NCBI GenBank assembly: GCA_963662465.1
Contig: OY759599.1
Location: 1,984,001 to 2,048,000 of the forward strand
DNA from: Desulfatiglandales bacterium
GTDB taxonomy: Bacteria; Desulfobacterota; DSM-4660; Desulfatiglandales; Desulfatiglandaceae
Length of the DNA stretch: 64,000 nucleotides
Direction of reading: 5' to 3'
Below the pieces are notes generated by a model that had not been told where the DNA came from, searched no databases, and saw only the letters and a program-made list of their open reading frames with translations. This document shows positions 31,693-42,261 of the stretch, one piece after another. Position 1 is the first letter of the stretch. Each line of letters begins with the position of its first letter. Position numbers and translations under genes: made by a program.

Positions 31693-33858
31693 ATGTCGGC
31701 CAGTCTACCGGATGGCACGGCCTTTTACGTTGCCATCCAAGCTTATAACGACGTCGGCAAAAGCGGATATTCCAATATCGAGTATTTTGTTATTACTTCG
31801 ACTGACTTCACAATAATGACAAACCCGACAGACAGCGAAATTCTATCGGCTACAGGAAGTGACGGGACTACCATCCACTACTACGGCGACCGCGACGACG
31901 ATGGCATACCAACGAACATTGACCGCTTCGACGTGGTGGATACCGACGGAACGTCGACTATGATTCAGTTGGACTCGGAAAGCCGTCCCAAGAGAATGCG
32001 CACCTCAGACGGTTTTGTTTTCGAACTTGACTATATCGGCAACAACCAGGCCGCTGTGCAAGTGCTCTCCCCCGACGGATCGGCACAGATCAACACAAGT
32101 TTTGTGATCGGGACTGACACTGACGGCGCCTTGAATGTCGACCCGATGGCTGGAATTCATGCGACCGGAAAATTTTCGGACTGTTACATTAACGTCGAAC
32201 ACTGCGGCGCTGCGATTACCGACGCAGACGTCCGGGTTAAAATTACCCAAGCAGGGAATTTGACTCCTTCTTGGTTCGGGCCAGCGGCACATGTTACGGG
32301 TGGCACTTACTATATTTCATTGCCAACGTCACTACCGGAGTCACTGAATGGCGAATCTCTCCGAAAGGCAGCAGAGGCCATTGCCGCCAAACTTGGCAAT
32401 ATCTGCACAGTACTGTCGGCAAAAGGAAACCCAGAACACTATTTAACGTTGATGTGCCCGGCCATCGGCATGGCGTTGACAACATTTACAGGCCCTATCG
32501 CCATCATGGTTGGTGCGGCCTGCGCCAAAGTCACTGCTGCCGTCACGGTTTACTGCGCTCTCCTTGGCAATGGGGGCCTCCCCGGAAATTCTAGTCTTGC
32601 GGAACAGATACTTAAAGGGTTGCAGGATCCGAGCGTCTTAACCGGTGAAATAACTATCGAGGCAAGCGCTATAGAACCCGGAGCTATTGCCTCTTCTCTT
32701 CAAAAGGTGTCGACTACGGTTACAGCTTCCCCCGCCGGCCCTTTTCCGACGATCAATATCTCGGGTGCCGTTAACTCCCGCATCGGAGGTTTCACGATCT
32801 CCCCGGCAAGCCCATTAGCGTTAAAACCCTACGAGATCACCACTCAGATCGTTTGTCCTAATCCAGGGGATTCGCTGGCAATCGATGTTGCTAGATTCGA
32901 CGATAGGGGAGACCCCTCAGTCGAATATCAATTGGTTGGCATGACACTTCTTGGCGGGACTATAAGTATCACGGGTAAGGTTCCCGGGGGAGGGGGCTTC
33001 GGGGCCGCTATGGACATCGTGACTGCGACGATCACCGACAGTTACGGGGATATTATTGATTCTGGGAGTGCCATAATCACGATCCCCAAGGCGGAGCCCA
33101 TTATTGACGGCATCTCACCAAAGGCGGGCTTGGTGGATACCATGGTTACAATCACGGGCACTAACTTCGGCAAGGAGCCGGGAAGGTTTTATTTTTACAA
33201 TAATATTTCGGCCACAGTGATTTCATGGACTGCCATAGAAATTAAGACAAGAGTTCCGGCAGGCGCTATATCAGGGGATGTAAAAGTATATGACCGCTAT
33301 GGCATTGCTTCAAATGGTGTATATTTTGAGGTAAAATCTTCTACCCCCGGGTGGGATGGCGGGTGCAGCAAAACCCCATGCTCTTCATTATATTTCAAGA
33401 GACCGACAAGTAAAGGCGGACCTCATGGTGATTATTCGTGCCCATATCAGGCTGTGATCAACGCGGAATGCTGGGCGGACATCAACCCATCATCTTCACC
33501 CCGTTCTCTGGATGAGATCTACAAAACATTGCAGGATGACAGCCATAAGCTTACTTCTATTGAAAAAATTCAGATTGGGATTCTCACGGGATGGTTCGGT
33601 GAAAGTGAGTTAACTTATAACAAAGGTTATTATGACGGGGGCTACGTCTCCAGCGGTATATCTTCATATGGCCGCGGCTGGGTAATTAATGAAGAAGGGG
33701 ATTTTGCCGTGCGCCTGATATACAATGTTGGTGGCTACGGTTGTTTCAACAATACCCAGAAAGATTTTATGGAAACTGAGGGCAAAGCTGCAAAAACCGA
33801 GGCCCAGGCCATAATGAAAAGTATCAGGCTATTAGAGAATGGAGATCTTGGCTTTTGA
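31693..33858 (+). CDS. IPT/TIG-domain surface protein, probably 5'-truncated
   Basis: Begins mid FN3-like strand (FYVAIQAYN..GKSGYSN). IPT motif ISPKAG..DTMVTITGTNFG...SW....I..RVP.GA. No signal peptide. Confidence 0.65.
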   Translation: MSASLPDGTAFYVAIQAYNDVGKSGYSNIEYFVITSTDFTIMTNPTDSEILSATGSDGTTIHYYGDRDDDGIPTNIDRFDVVDTDGTSTMIQLDSESRPKRMRTSDGFVFELDYIGNNQAAVQVLSPDGSAQINTSFVIGTDTDGALNVDPMAGIHATGKFSDCYINVEHCGAAITDADVRVKITQAGNLTPSWFGPAAHVTGGTYYISLPTSLPESLNGESLRKAAEAIAAKLGNICTVLSAKGNPEHYLTLMCPAIGMALTTFTGPIAIMVGAACAKVTAAVTVYCALLGNGGLPGNSSLAEQILKGLQDPSVLTGEITIEASAIEPGAIASSLQKVSTTVTASPAGPFPTINISGAVNSRIGGFTISPASPLALKPYEITTQIVCPNPGDSLAIDVARFDDRGDPSVEYQLVGMTLLGGTISITGKVPGGGGFGAAMDIVTATITDSYGDIIDSGSAIITIPKAEPIIDGISPKAGLVDTMVTITGTNFGKEPGRFYFYNNISATVISWTAIEIKTRVPAGAISGDVKVYDRYGIASNGVYFEVKSSTPGWDGGCSKTPCSSLYFKRPTSKGGPHGDYSCPYQAVINAECWADINPSSSPRSLDEIYKTLQDDSHKLTSIEKIQIGILTGWFGESELTYNKGYYDGGYVSSGISSYGRGWVINEEGDFAVRLIYNVGGYGCFNNTQKDFMETEGKAAKTEAQAIMKSIRLLENGDLGF

Positions 33859-33891
33859 TTCAGACCTCGTGCGGACGCGGCCGCTTTGTAT

Positions 33892-33920
33892 TTGACATGC
33901 CGGTTGATGTCGCCTATGTT
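33892..33920 (+). promoter_or_regulatory. Sigma70-like promoter
   Basis: TTGACA-17 nt-TATGTT upstream of 33986. Confidence 0.55.
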
Positions 33921-33985
33921 TTGACTCTAGAAAAGGGAGTTATTACCATGTCACTCTTTCATCCAGCGTAAGACGGAGGAGAAAA

Positions 33986-35380
33986 ATGAACAGAAGCGAA
34001 ACCCCAGTCCATAAGTTCCACCTGGTCCATACGGGAAAAATAAGATTTAATGGCGATGGTTTCGCATCGATTCGGTGCTGCCTTCATTGGTTACTGATCC
34101 TCATTTTGATGATTGCACTTGCGGCAGGTTGTGATGGAAATGATGGCAGTAACAGCGACGCTACACGTTCGCCCAAACAAAGAATCCCGGACGGCACCAA
34201 ACCTTGTGAACATCCTGAGTATTGGCTATTTTCGCTTGTGTCGGAGAAGTATCCTTTTATGGTTCACTATTGTGACCCAAACGAGGAGGGTATGGCGCGG
34301 GAAGTTATAGCGCATCTTGAGGCCGCCTGGGAGGTTGAAGTGAATGAATGGCAGTATGTTCCCCCGCCTTCCGACGAAGGTCTATGCGGCCCTGACGGCG
34401 CTTTCGACGTTTTTATCTGGGAAGGCCACCGTGCCTGCTGGGTGAATATCGTTTCCGAAGATATCGTTACCCCTTGGGGAGGGCGCGCCAGTTTTATGCT
34501 GCTGGATCCCTGGGGACCCTATGGTGGAGAAATCCTGGGACAGACTGTCGCACATGAATTCAACCATGCCACACAAGCTGCTAATGATTGGCATGAAACC
34601 GCCATCTCCTTCGAAATGACGTCCGTCTATATTGAGCAGTTTTTTGGCCCGGCATGCAGTGACTGCATTGTGGATTTTCAATCCAGACCGGACTGGAGCC
34701 TACTTTGGGATGACAATTACAACACCTGGTACATGTACGGTTCGGCGCTTTATTTTCATTTTATTCGGGACCGCTATTTTGAGAGCAGGGAAGACTTCTT
34801 GCCTCATCTGTGGCTCGAAGTTCGAAATTATCCCGATCTTTGGGTCAATAGTCCCAATCTGGTTGATGGTCTGAACACCATACTTGCGCCTTTGGGTGAA
34901 TCATTCATGGATTCGGTGATTGAATTCGCACGCTGGCGTTATTACACAGGGCCAAGGGATGACGGAAAACATTTCCGTCGTTTGCCAACAGAGTGGTCTC
35001 AGCTTCCATTTTTACCCGAGTCAGGTGTAAGTATGACGTCCCTGCAAGCCATTCCTGGTTTATATAAGATAGAGCCGGCCCCGATGGTTCTTGGCAGTGT
35101 GTATTTGGAGATTGGGCAAACTGATGCCTCACAAACCTCTTTCGAACTTTCGCTGGTGGAACCATTGGATCAGACTGTGGACTGGATTGTACAGGCGGTA
35201 CCGGGGATTTCGGAGGATACAGATGGGAACTTCGTCGACCTCAAAGGGGGGAGTGCCCGCGTTCCCTTTGGCCCGGATGGAACCAGAACCCTGATCATTA
35301 CGTCGCTGCCGCGAGTGCCGTTTGACCCTGATGCTCAGACTGGAAATCGCTGTACGCTGACGGTGCGCCTAGCACACTAA
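33986..35380 (+). CDS. Putative lipoprotein zinc metallopeptidase (HExxH)
   Basis: Lipobox LAAGC after a hydrophobic stretch; TVAHEFNHATQ with a downstream Glu; GGAGG RBS. Confidence 0.75.
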   Translation: MNRSETPVHKFHLVHTGKIRFNGDGFASIRCCLHWLLILILMIALAAGCDGNDGSNSDATRSPKQRIPDGTKPCEHPEYWLFSLVSEKYPFMVHYCDPNEEGMAREVIAHLEAAWEVEVNEWQYVPPPSDEGLCGPDGAFDVFIWEGHRACWVNIVSEDIVTPWGGRASFMLLDPWGPYGGEILGQTVAHEFNHATQAANDWHETAISFEMTSVYIEQFFGPACSDCIVDFQSRPDWSLLWDDNYNTWYMYGSALYFHFIRDRYFESREDFLPHLWLEVRNYPDLWVNSPNLVDGLNTILAPLGESFMDSVIEFARWRYYTGPRDDGKHFRRLPTEWSQLPFLPESGVSMTSLQAIPGLYKIEPAPMVLGSVYLEIGQTDASQTSFELSLVEPLDQTVDWIVQAVPGISEDTDGNFVDLKGGSARVPFGPDGTRTLIITSLPRVPFDPDAQTGNRCTLTVRLAH

Positions 35381-35475
35381 TCCGGGAGGCATCGATGCGT
35401 TGGGATGCTCTGCTTTCTACTGGAAACTGGTCATGCCTACACTAGTTTTATTTATCAAAATAAAAGGTGCATGCT

Positions 35476-37176
35476 CTATTTCCCTTGCCGGGCCTCATCC
35501 AGCGCTTTAAGGCCCAGCCCCATGGGCTTCAGTATGGCCGCCAGATTGACGACCAGCGCTCCCAGGAAAGACAATGCCATGTAAATCCATTCCACGGAGG
35601 ATATGGGGCGGCCTTTCATTTCAGACATGAACAGAAGGTACACCGGCCCTGCCTCCAGCACCACAACAACGCCGATAAACAGGGCACTCACCATCATGTA
35701 CAACAAACCGCCTAATCCGGTTGCTACCTGTCCGATATTTTCATGGTCAAACTTGGGGTACATGGCCCCGAAACCGATGCCGAGGGACACGATCCCAAAT
35801 ACCATCAAAACAATGGTCCCCGAAGAGAGCAGCATCATGAACCGGGTGGCATCCAGAAAATAATTGGTCACCACGATCAACACGAGTCCCAGAAACAGCA
35901 TGGGGACCAGAAAGAAAAAATATTTGCCCCACAAGTACCGTTTAAGTTTCATGGGGGAGGACCGAATGATCCAGAACGCCTGGCCCTCGGCGCTCACCGC
36001 CGTGTAAACAAAACGGACCCCCACCGCCGCCAGAACAAAACCCGCCAGTCCCATGTTCAAAAACGCCAGTCCATTTTGAAGAAAGTCCAGCGGCAGAGGA
36101 CTTTTATGCAGGGGAAGCACCTTGAAATTGTAAACATAGACCACCACCAGGGCGAAAAGGAGCAGCAACTGGGACCATTGGGTATTATCCCTGAAAAAAA
36201 CCCGGATATCCTTGGCCATCATCATGGACAAATCGGCACGAAACGGTTTTGTAATCCCTCGGATCAACAGGTCAAGCATCCGCCTTCCGCCCATGAGCCT
36301 TTTTTTGGCCTCCTGGGCCTTGGAAAATCCGTCAAAGTAAATAAAACGAGCCGTCCAAATATTAACGACCACCAGGGCCATGGCCATAGACCAGGTGAGG
36401 AATACATGGAAAAGTTCCCCCTCCCCTCCCCGCAATCGCCCCCACAGAATTTCCGTGATCCAATGGGTGGGAAGATAGGGGGAATCCGGGGCTTTGAGGG
36501 CCGACACATACTGCATCACCGATAGCGCGGTTTCCGGATCCACCAGCCTTTCCGGCCTTAGGAATCGAAATAAGAGGTAAAGGCCCACCACCATGAGAAT
36601 AGACAAAAGCAGAATCACATCCCTGGTTCTCTGGGCCGGAAAAATGTGAACCAGGACCATGGTCGCCAAAATCCCCAGACCCGAGGCGATCAGCCCCAGG
36701 GCGGCCATCAGGTGCAGAAGGGAAACGTAGAATCCTGGGCCAGGCGCATACACATAACCATAGGCCCCAAAAATCGGTACGGCAAAAATCAACGCCATCC
36801 AGGAACTGTTCAAAAAAGTGGTAAAGGCCCGTGATACAAAAAGCGTCTCAATGCTCACCGGCGCCGAATGGCAGAATTCCAGGTCCTTGGACAGATAAAG
36901 GGTGGAAAGGGCGGTGATGACATTACTGAAAATGAGCAAGGAGAAAAAAGTCAAAAACACCATGCTGAGGAGTTCTTTCGCCAGAAGATCACCGATCATT
37001 TCAACGGATTGAAAATAGACCAGTACACGGGCGGAAAGTACAAACAGAGTAAGGCCGAAGCCAAGCCCCAGCCCTCCCATAAAAAGCGGTTTTTTGAGCC
37101 CTGCCCCATGGGTCCGGCCGAGCCGGTTCTTAAGACCCAGGAGGCCGGGACTCAACAGAAGAATAAGATGGCGCAT
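35476..37176 (-). CDS. ABC transporter permease
   Basis: Many TM segments, SAEGQAFWIIRSSP; adjacent to the ABC ATPase. Confidence 0.85.
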   Translation of the reverse strand: MRHLILLLSPGLLGLKNRLGRTHGAGLKKPLFMGGLGLGFGLTLFVLSARVLVYFQSVEMIGDLLAKELLSMVFLTFFSLLIFSNVITALSTLYLSKDLEFCHSAPVSIETLFVSRAFTTFLNSSWMALIFAVPIFGAYGYVYAPGPGFYVSLLHLMAALGLIASGLGILATMVLVHIFPAQRTRDVILLLSILMVVGLYLLFRFLRPERLVDPETALSVMQYVSALKAPDSPYLPTHWITEILWGRLRGGEGELFHVFLTWSMAMALVVVNIWTARFIYFDGFSKAQEAKKRLMGGRRMLDLLIRGITKPFRADLSMMMAKDIRVFFRDNTQWSQLLLLFALVVVYVYNFKVLPLHKSPLPLDFLQNGLAFLNMGLAGFVLAAVGVRFVYTAVSAEGQAFWIIRSSPMKLKRYLWGKYFFFLVPMLFLGLVLIVVTNYFLDATRFMMLLSSGTIVLMVFGIVSLGIGFGAMYPKFDHENIGQVATGLGGLLYMMVSALFIGVVVVLEAGPVYLLFMSEMKGRPISSVEWIYMALSFLGALVVNLAAILKPMGLGLKALDEARQGK

Positions 37177-37909
37177 GCAACCCTTCTTTCGCTTCGGTCA
37201 ACCTCAAAAAAATCTCTTCCAGATTACCATCCACGCCGGCCTGTTGACGGAGATTTTCAGGGGCGCCTCGGGCAATCAAACGACCCCCCTGAATGATGGC
37301 GATTTCATCGCAGATCTCCTGAGCCACATTCAGGGAATGGGTGGACATGAACAGCGTGGCGCCGTTTGCAACCTGATCCTTGAAAACATTCTTAACCAAC
37401 CTGGCGCCCCGGGGGTCCAACCCCACCATGGGCTCATCCACAATGAGTACTTTCGGTCGATGCACCAAGGCCGCGCACATGACCAGACGTTGTTTCATCC
37501 CGTGGGAATACCCCTCAATCAACTCTTCTCCCCACCGACCCAGGCCGAACAATTCCAGCAATTCTCCGATGCGACGCTCCGGACCGGTTTTGCCCCCAAG
37601 ACCGTAAAGTCCCGCCACAAACCGCAGAAATTCAAGGCCCGTGAGCTTTTCATAGAGAAACGGCCGATCAGGGATAAACCCCACACATTGTTTGGCGGCA
37701 ACGGGGTCTTTGGCCATATCATAGCCGTTGATGATGATCCGGCCGGTCGTGGGCATCAGAACCCCCGCCATCATCTTGATGGTCGTGGTCTTTCCCGCGC
37801 CGTTGGGCCCGAGGAACCCAAAACGGGCCCCCTCTTCTATTGCCAGGTTAATCCCGTCAACGGCGCACAGGGACTTGTATCTCTTGGTCAGATTGATCAA
37901 CTGAATCAT
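37130..37909 (-). CDS. ABC transporter ATP-binding protein
   Basis: GPNGAGKTT, YSHGMKQRL and VDEP. Confidence 0.95.
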   Translation of the reverse strand: MIQLINLTKRYKSLCAVDGINLAIEEGARFGFLGPNGAGKTTTIKMMAGVLMPTTGRIIINGYDMAKDPVAAKQCVGFIPDRPFLYEKLTGLEFLRFVAGLYGLGGKTGPERRIGELLELFGLGRWGEELIEGYSHGMKQRLVMCAALVHRPKVLIVDEPMVGLDPRGARLVKNVFKDQVANGATLFMSTHSLNVAQEICDEIAIIQGGRLIARGAPENLRQQAGVDGNLEEIFLRLTEAKEGLHAPSYSSVESRPPGS

Positions 37910-39416
37910 AAGCATAATCCACAATATCCAATTGCAGTTTTCCCATCAGGGCCATCAGTTCAGCCTGTTTATCCAATCCCCCATGGACCAGTTTGATATG
38001 CGTCGCATCGGTGGGCATCTGGTTGAGGGTCGCATCCATGGAAATCCAGCGCCCGAGATATGCTTCGGTCCAGGCATGATAAAAGAATCGATGGTCCGTG
38101 TAAACAACCCCCACGCACTCACGGGCGGGAATGCCTTCAGCCCGAAGCAGGGCCGTCAACAACACGGCATGCTCATTGCAGTCGCCCACCCCTGTCTTCA
38201 GGACCGCCAAGGCATCGGGAACGCTGAGAACAGGGCGTTTTTCCACATTTTCGTACACCCAGGCCATGAGCTTCCGAGCGGTCTGCGGCAAATCTTTCCG
38301 GTCCTCCCCTGCAATTTGCCGCGCTTTTTCCATCAGGGCCTTGTCATCGCTTTGAATGTTGATCCCGGGCAAAAGAAAGGGTTTCACATCTTGGGGCATG
38401 CCCGCTTTCGAGGCTTCTGAAAAGGAATCATCAAGACCTTTTTCTTGAGAAACCTCTAACATATCTTGTCTCAACCGTTGCCGCCCTTCGTTCAACACCG
38501 TCTCGTCAAAACCGGTTCCCTGAAACCCCATCACCTTGAGTTTCAAATAGGCGATTTCCCGGGGGCACAAAAGATTTTGCGTTACGGGGATGGCGGCCAT
38601 GGCATAAAAATCAGCCCCTCCGGACCCGTCCACGTTTAATGGCGCACGCTCCCCATCGGAACGGAGAAGGGTCAACCCCATAAAGCCCTCTTCCTTCATC
38701 AGGGCGCCCCCCTCATCCAGCCAGAAGACCAGCGTCTGCCCCCAAACCTTTGTTTCCAGACGGAAAACGGAACATTCCCGGTCGTTTATGGGAATAACCG
38801 TCTTGACGACAACCTGAGTCGCCATTTCCTTGTGGGAGAGCGTGGAGGGGTCAAATATCGTGAAGCGAAACACATCGCCTATGGCAAGAGAACGCCCCTT
38901 GAAGAATTCCGGGATACTTGAACCGATGACCAGTGGACCGGCAAGGGGAATCACATGCGTCCTTTTCCGGTCGCCTTCGCCCACTGCCACCTCCAACCGG
39001 TTTTCTTCCACCTTTCCCGATACGCGAAAATCAACCACGCCGGAACGGATTTTGACCCGAAATTCCTTCAGTGCAAATCCCTTATCCACAACCGCCCGGG
39101 ATGCCATATACATCACACTTGGCTGCCCCATCAGGTTCAACACCAAGACCATTTTTTCCTCAATGAGGCGGTCTTTGCCGAGCGGGCTGACCCGGGTCTC
39201 GGAAAATCCCACTTTTTTCCCCTTGAGATAGATCTCCATCCAATCATGCTGGGAACCTTCCGCGGGTTTTAGTCCCACTGAAACCGGGATGTCCGTGGCC
39301 AGATCATTTTCATGAAAATGCGTCTTACGAATCAACAAAACCACCATCACAATCCAGAATACAACAACACTTGCACCCAGGAAATAAAATAGGTTTCTTT
39401 TGTTGATCAGGGTCAT
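37857..39416 (-). CDS. Membrane-anchored transglutaminase-like domain protein
   Basis: N-terminal TM helix; Cys-His-Asp triad GDCNEH / YHAWTE / MDAT. Confidence 0.88.
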   Translation of the reverse strand: MTLINKRNLFYFLGASVVVFWIVMVVLLIRKTHFHENDLATDIPVSVGLKPAEGSQHDWMEIYLKGKKVGFSETRVSPLGKDRLIEEKMVLVLNLMGQPSVMYMASRAVVDKGFALKEFRVKIRSGVVDFRVSGKVEENRLEVAVGEGDRKRTHVIPLAGPLVIGSSIPEFFKGRSLAIGDVFRFTIFDPSTLSHKEMATQVVVKTVIPINDRECSVFRLETKVWGQTLVFWLDEGGALMKEEGFMGLTLLRSDGERAPLNVDGSGGADFYAMAAIPVTQNLLCPREIAYLKLKVMGFQGTGFDETVLNEGRQRLRQDMLEVSQEKGLDDSFSEASKAGMPQDVKPFLLPGINIQSDDKALMEKARQIAGEDRKDLPQTARKLMAWVYENVEKRPVLSVPDALAVLKTGVGDCNEHAVLLTALLRAEGIPARECVGVVYTDHRFFYHAWTEAYLGRWISMDATLNQMPTDATHIKLVHGGLDKQAELMALMGKLQLDIVDYAYDSVDQSDQEIQVPVRR

Positions 39417-39454
39417 GGATCGGGGTATAAAGCGACGTTCGGGGTTGGGTAACC

Positions 39455-39553
39455 GTTCACGGGGTACAGGAGACAGGGAACAGTTGTCAGGGGGCAGGAT
39501 AAAATTAAGAATCGAACCTGATTTTTCCGCACCCTGACAACTGCACCCTTCCT
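39455..39553. repeat. Degenerate heptamer inverted-repeat hairpin
   Basis: GTACAGG-AGACAGG-GAACAG..TTGTCAGGG ... CCCTGACAA-CTGCACC between DUF151 and the transglutaminase. Confidence 0.5.
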
Positions 39554-40049
39554 ACATCTTGTATTTTCCAAAATCATCAGGATCGAGATTCTCAAGGATT
39601 TTCTGCCACCTTTTTCCTCTTTCAGTCTTATCCTGGGCCTCGGCTTTCAAATCAATCTGGGTAGACCGATTAATAACGTCTTCCGAGACAAAAATGGGCG
39701 CATCCAATCTGAGTGAAAGAGCGATGGCATCACTGGGCCGTGCGTCGATAGACATTTCCTTGCCGTTGAACACGAAATTAATGCGGGCATAATATGTATT
39801 GTCTTTAAGATCGCAGACCTCAATCTTACTGACCTTGATGTCTACCAGATCCATCATATTTTTCAGCAGGTCATGGGTCATGGGTCTGGAAAACTTAATG
39901 CCTTCCAGTTCACTGGCAATGGCAGTGGCCTCCAGCAATCCGATCCATATGGGAAGCGTTCCGTTCCCATCGATTTCTCTTAGGATAACGATCGGGCTAT
40001 TGGTGATGGGATCAACAGTTAACCCGGATATGACCATAGGCGTATACAT
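39552..40049 (-). CDS. Bifunctional nuclease family protein (DUF151)
   Basis: LPIWIG..EA..IA, RPMTHDL, YYARI and IDARPSDAIAL. Confidence 0.92.
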   Translation of the reverse strand: MYTPMVISGLTVDPITNSPIVILREIDGNGTLPIWIGLLEATAIASELEGIKFSRPMTHDLLKNMMDLVDIKVSKIEVCDLKDNTYYARINFVFNGKEMSIDARPSDAIALSLRLDAPIFVSEDVINRSTQIDLKAEAQDKTERGKRWQKILENLDPDDFGKYKM

Positions 40050-40147
40050 GATTTCCCCCAGGAATTCTCAGCTTCAGTACAATGGCATCTTTGAGGGCTA
40101 TTTTTAACCATACAATTGCTTTTGTCAACAACCACTGTCCATAATCC

Positions 40148-42068
40148 CACGGTAAATTTGTTCTAACAGGTATCACGCTTGGGGCACTGAATTTTTGGTC
40201 ATCTTGAGATAGTCGAAGACACCCCTTACGTTCTGCGTGAGCTGGCGCATTTTCTGGGCTACACTGCGAACGCCTTTCGCCTTAATGACGCCCACCGCGA
40301 ATCTACGCAGCCTGGTCATGTTTTCAGGACCATTGCCGGTTCTTATTCGGCTTCGATCTTCGTCGTAGTTCCAGTCGATGATGTAATGGCACTCGTTTTC
40401 AATGCTCCAGTGACCGCGATTGATAGAAAGTACACGTTCGGGATTCGCCTGATCAGGTGATTGACTCGTTATGCCGTAAGCAACCTCAACTGTGCATTTA
40501 CCGGTTTTCTTGTTTGTAACTTCTCTCTGGATCATAAAAGCCTGGCCGACATACGGGAAATCCAGGTATAGGTTAAGTTCGGTAGTCGTCCATATTTTGC
40601 GCACTTCGATGCGACCATGATCGGGAGCATCGTGTTGTATGAAATCAGGATCGTTGCAGCCCTCAAAATACAGGGAAATGTCTTGAAGTAATGTGGGCTG
40701 GTTGTTTTTGGCGATGAAATGGTAATGGGCGTTGCGTTGCTCGACCAAATATTTAGCAAAAGTCCTTTGGGTTAGCAGTGCGTCAGCTGAAATGACTTTG
40801 CCTTCGATATCGATCGCGTCCAGTAAAGGGGCAGCCGTTTTGATTTCATTGGTTCGCTTGAGTTCGTCTTTGCCTTCTACAGGGAGAGAACCGACTTTTT
40901 TTGGGTGTAACAGGTCTTAGTTTGATGGCCGACAGCACTCATGATGTGAGTCTGATAACCTTGTTCATCGATGGCATTACACATGGTTTTTCCATCGATG
41001 GCCAAGCTTTCGTCCTGTTCACCGTAAAGCAGATTCCAACGCTGGAGAGCTTTGTCGAGTTCTGTGGGGTCAACGCGAACCAGAACATCACGGATAGTAG
41101 ACTGACTGGGAGCTACATAGCGCTTATTTTCATATCGGCAACGGAAACGCTCAAGGGCTTTTTGTCCAAGACCATTTACCCAATCGGATATCGCCAGATA
41201 ACCGCGCATTCCGCACAGTGTTGCGGCGGTGGCAATGGCCAGAACAGTGGAGAGCCTGTGACGTCGTCCCTGGGATCGACGCGGGTCGGGAATTTGAGCA
41301 AAAAAGTCGGGTAGAGATTTCATATGTTCCGCACTGAGCATGATTTTGTAACCTCCTGTAAGATATGGTTTTTTGAGAACAGGTCGGGATAACAGTGCTT
41401 GAACATTGGAAACCAATGGTTTAAGAAAAACCATTTTCGGTGAATCCGCTTTATCGCTGTAGCCTTGGCGAGTTCGATGAAAACCCTTTGTTTTACCAAC
41501 ATATATCCAATTAGACGCTCGATATACGGTTCCGTGGAATTGCTTTGGGTCCACAAAGGTTTCCAGGAGTACAACCGGATGCCCGAAACGCTCCTGCCAA
41601 TCAGCCTGCATTCGCTTCCGACATAATGAAAGGATACGGGATGCGAGATTCGGAATATGCCATTCGGGCAAAATTAGAAAACGACTGTTATTGGTTACCA
41701 GTTTCAGTCGATCGTATTGATGGCGAAAATTCCATCCGATCCAGCTGTCCCTTGGTGTACATTTCAAAGCGGGAGCAGAAAAACTGACAAGCGCAATCCA
41801 CTCACTATTTAGTCTAGCTGTATACCAGAGGGTTTCGCTGATCTTGGGAAGAGCGCCCAAATAATGATGCGACTGCATCAGATGCTGAAAGCGTTGTTCT
41901 TCAAGCGGGCGGACTATTTGAATGCGGACTTGCTTAACGTTCAAGAATTTAAACCCCGAATTGGTTTGGTGCCTGTCACAGTATATACACCATCCGAGGG
42001 TTTCTGTCCATAATGTAGCGCAACTTTTATATTTTATTTGGATAATTCGGAAGAATAAATTCACCCTG
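40148..42068 (-). mobile_element. Complete ISAs1-family insertion sequence
   Basis: IRs CACGGTAAATTTGTTCT / CAGGGTGAATTTATTCT (14/17). 10-bp target duplication TCCATAATCC at 40138-40147 and 42069-42078. Confidence 0.9.
40173..41944 (-). CDS. DUF4338-fused ISAs1 transposase requiring a -1 frameshift
   Basis: DUF4338-like HHYLG...NNSRFLILP...NLASRIL...ETFVD..F.GTVYRASNW; then PDPR..QGRRH and AIDGK. A7G run at 40895-40902; the -1 frame gives NEI...ADALLTQ...RGHWSIEN. Confidence 0.85.
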
Positions 42069-42261
42069 TCCATAATCCAGCCAGGGTTACGGAATCCATT
42101 CCAAATAAAATGTAAACCCTCGTCCCCACCCCTTCAAAAATACCATTTGTTACTTGCCAGAACCTTTCATGAAATGTAGGATCAACCGTTTTAAAATTCT
42201 CCACATGTTCCCCGGTTTCAGGGAACACTGAACCTGTTGACGAATTGTTTAAGGAAACATC

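Noticed and set aside
14455..35380. Duplicated gene as a DGR template/variable repeat pair
   Set aside because: No reverse transcriptase in the window; the repeat is gene-length and differences are not adenine-specific.
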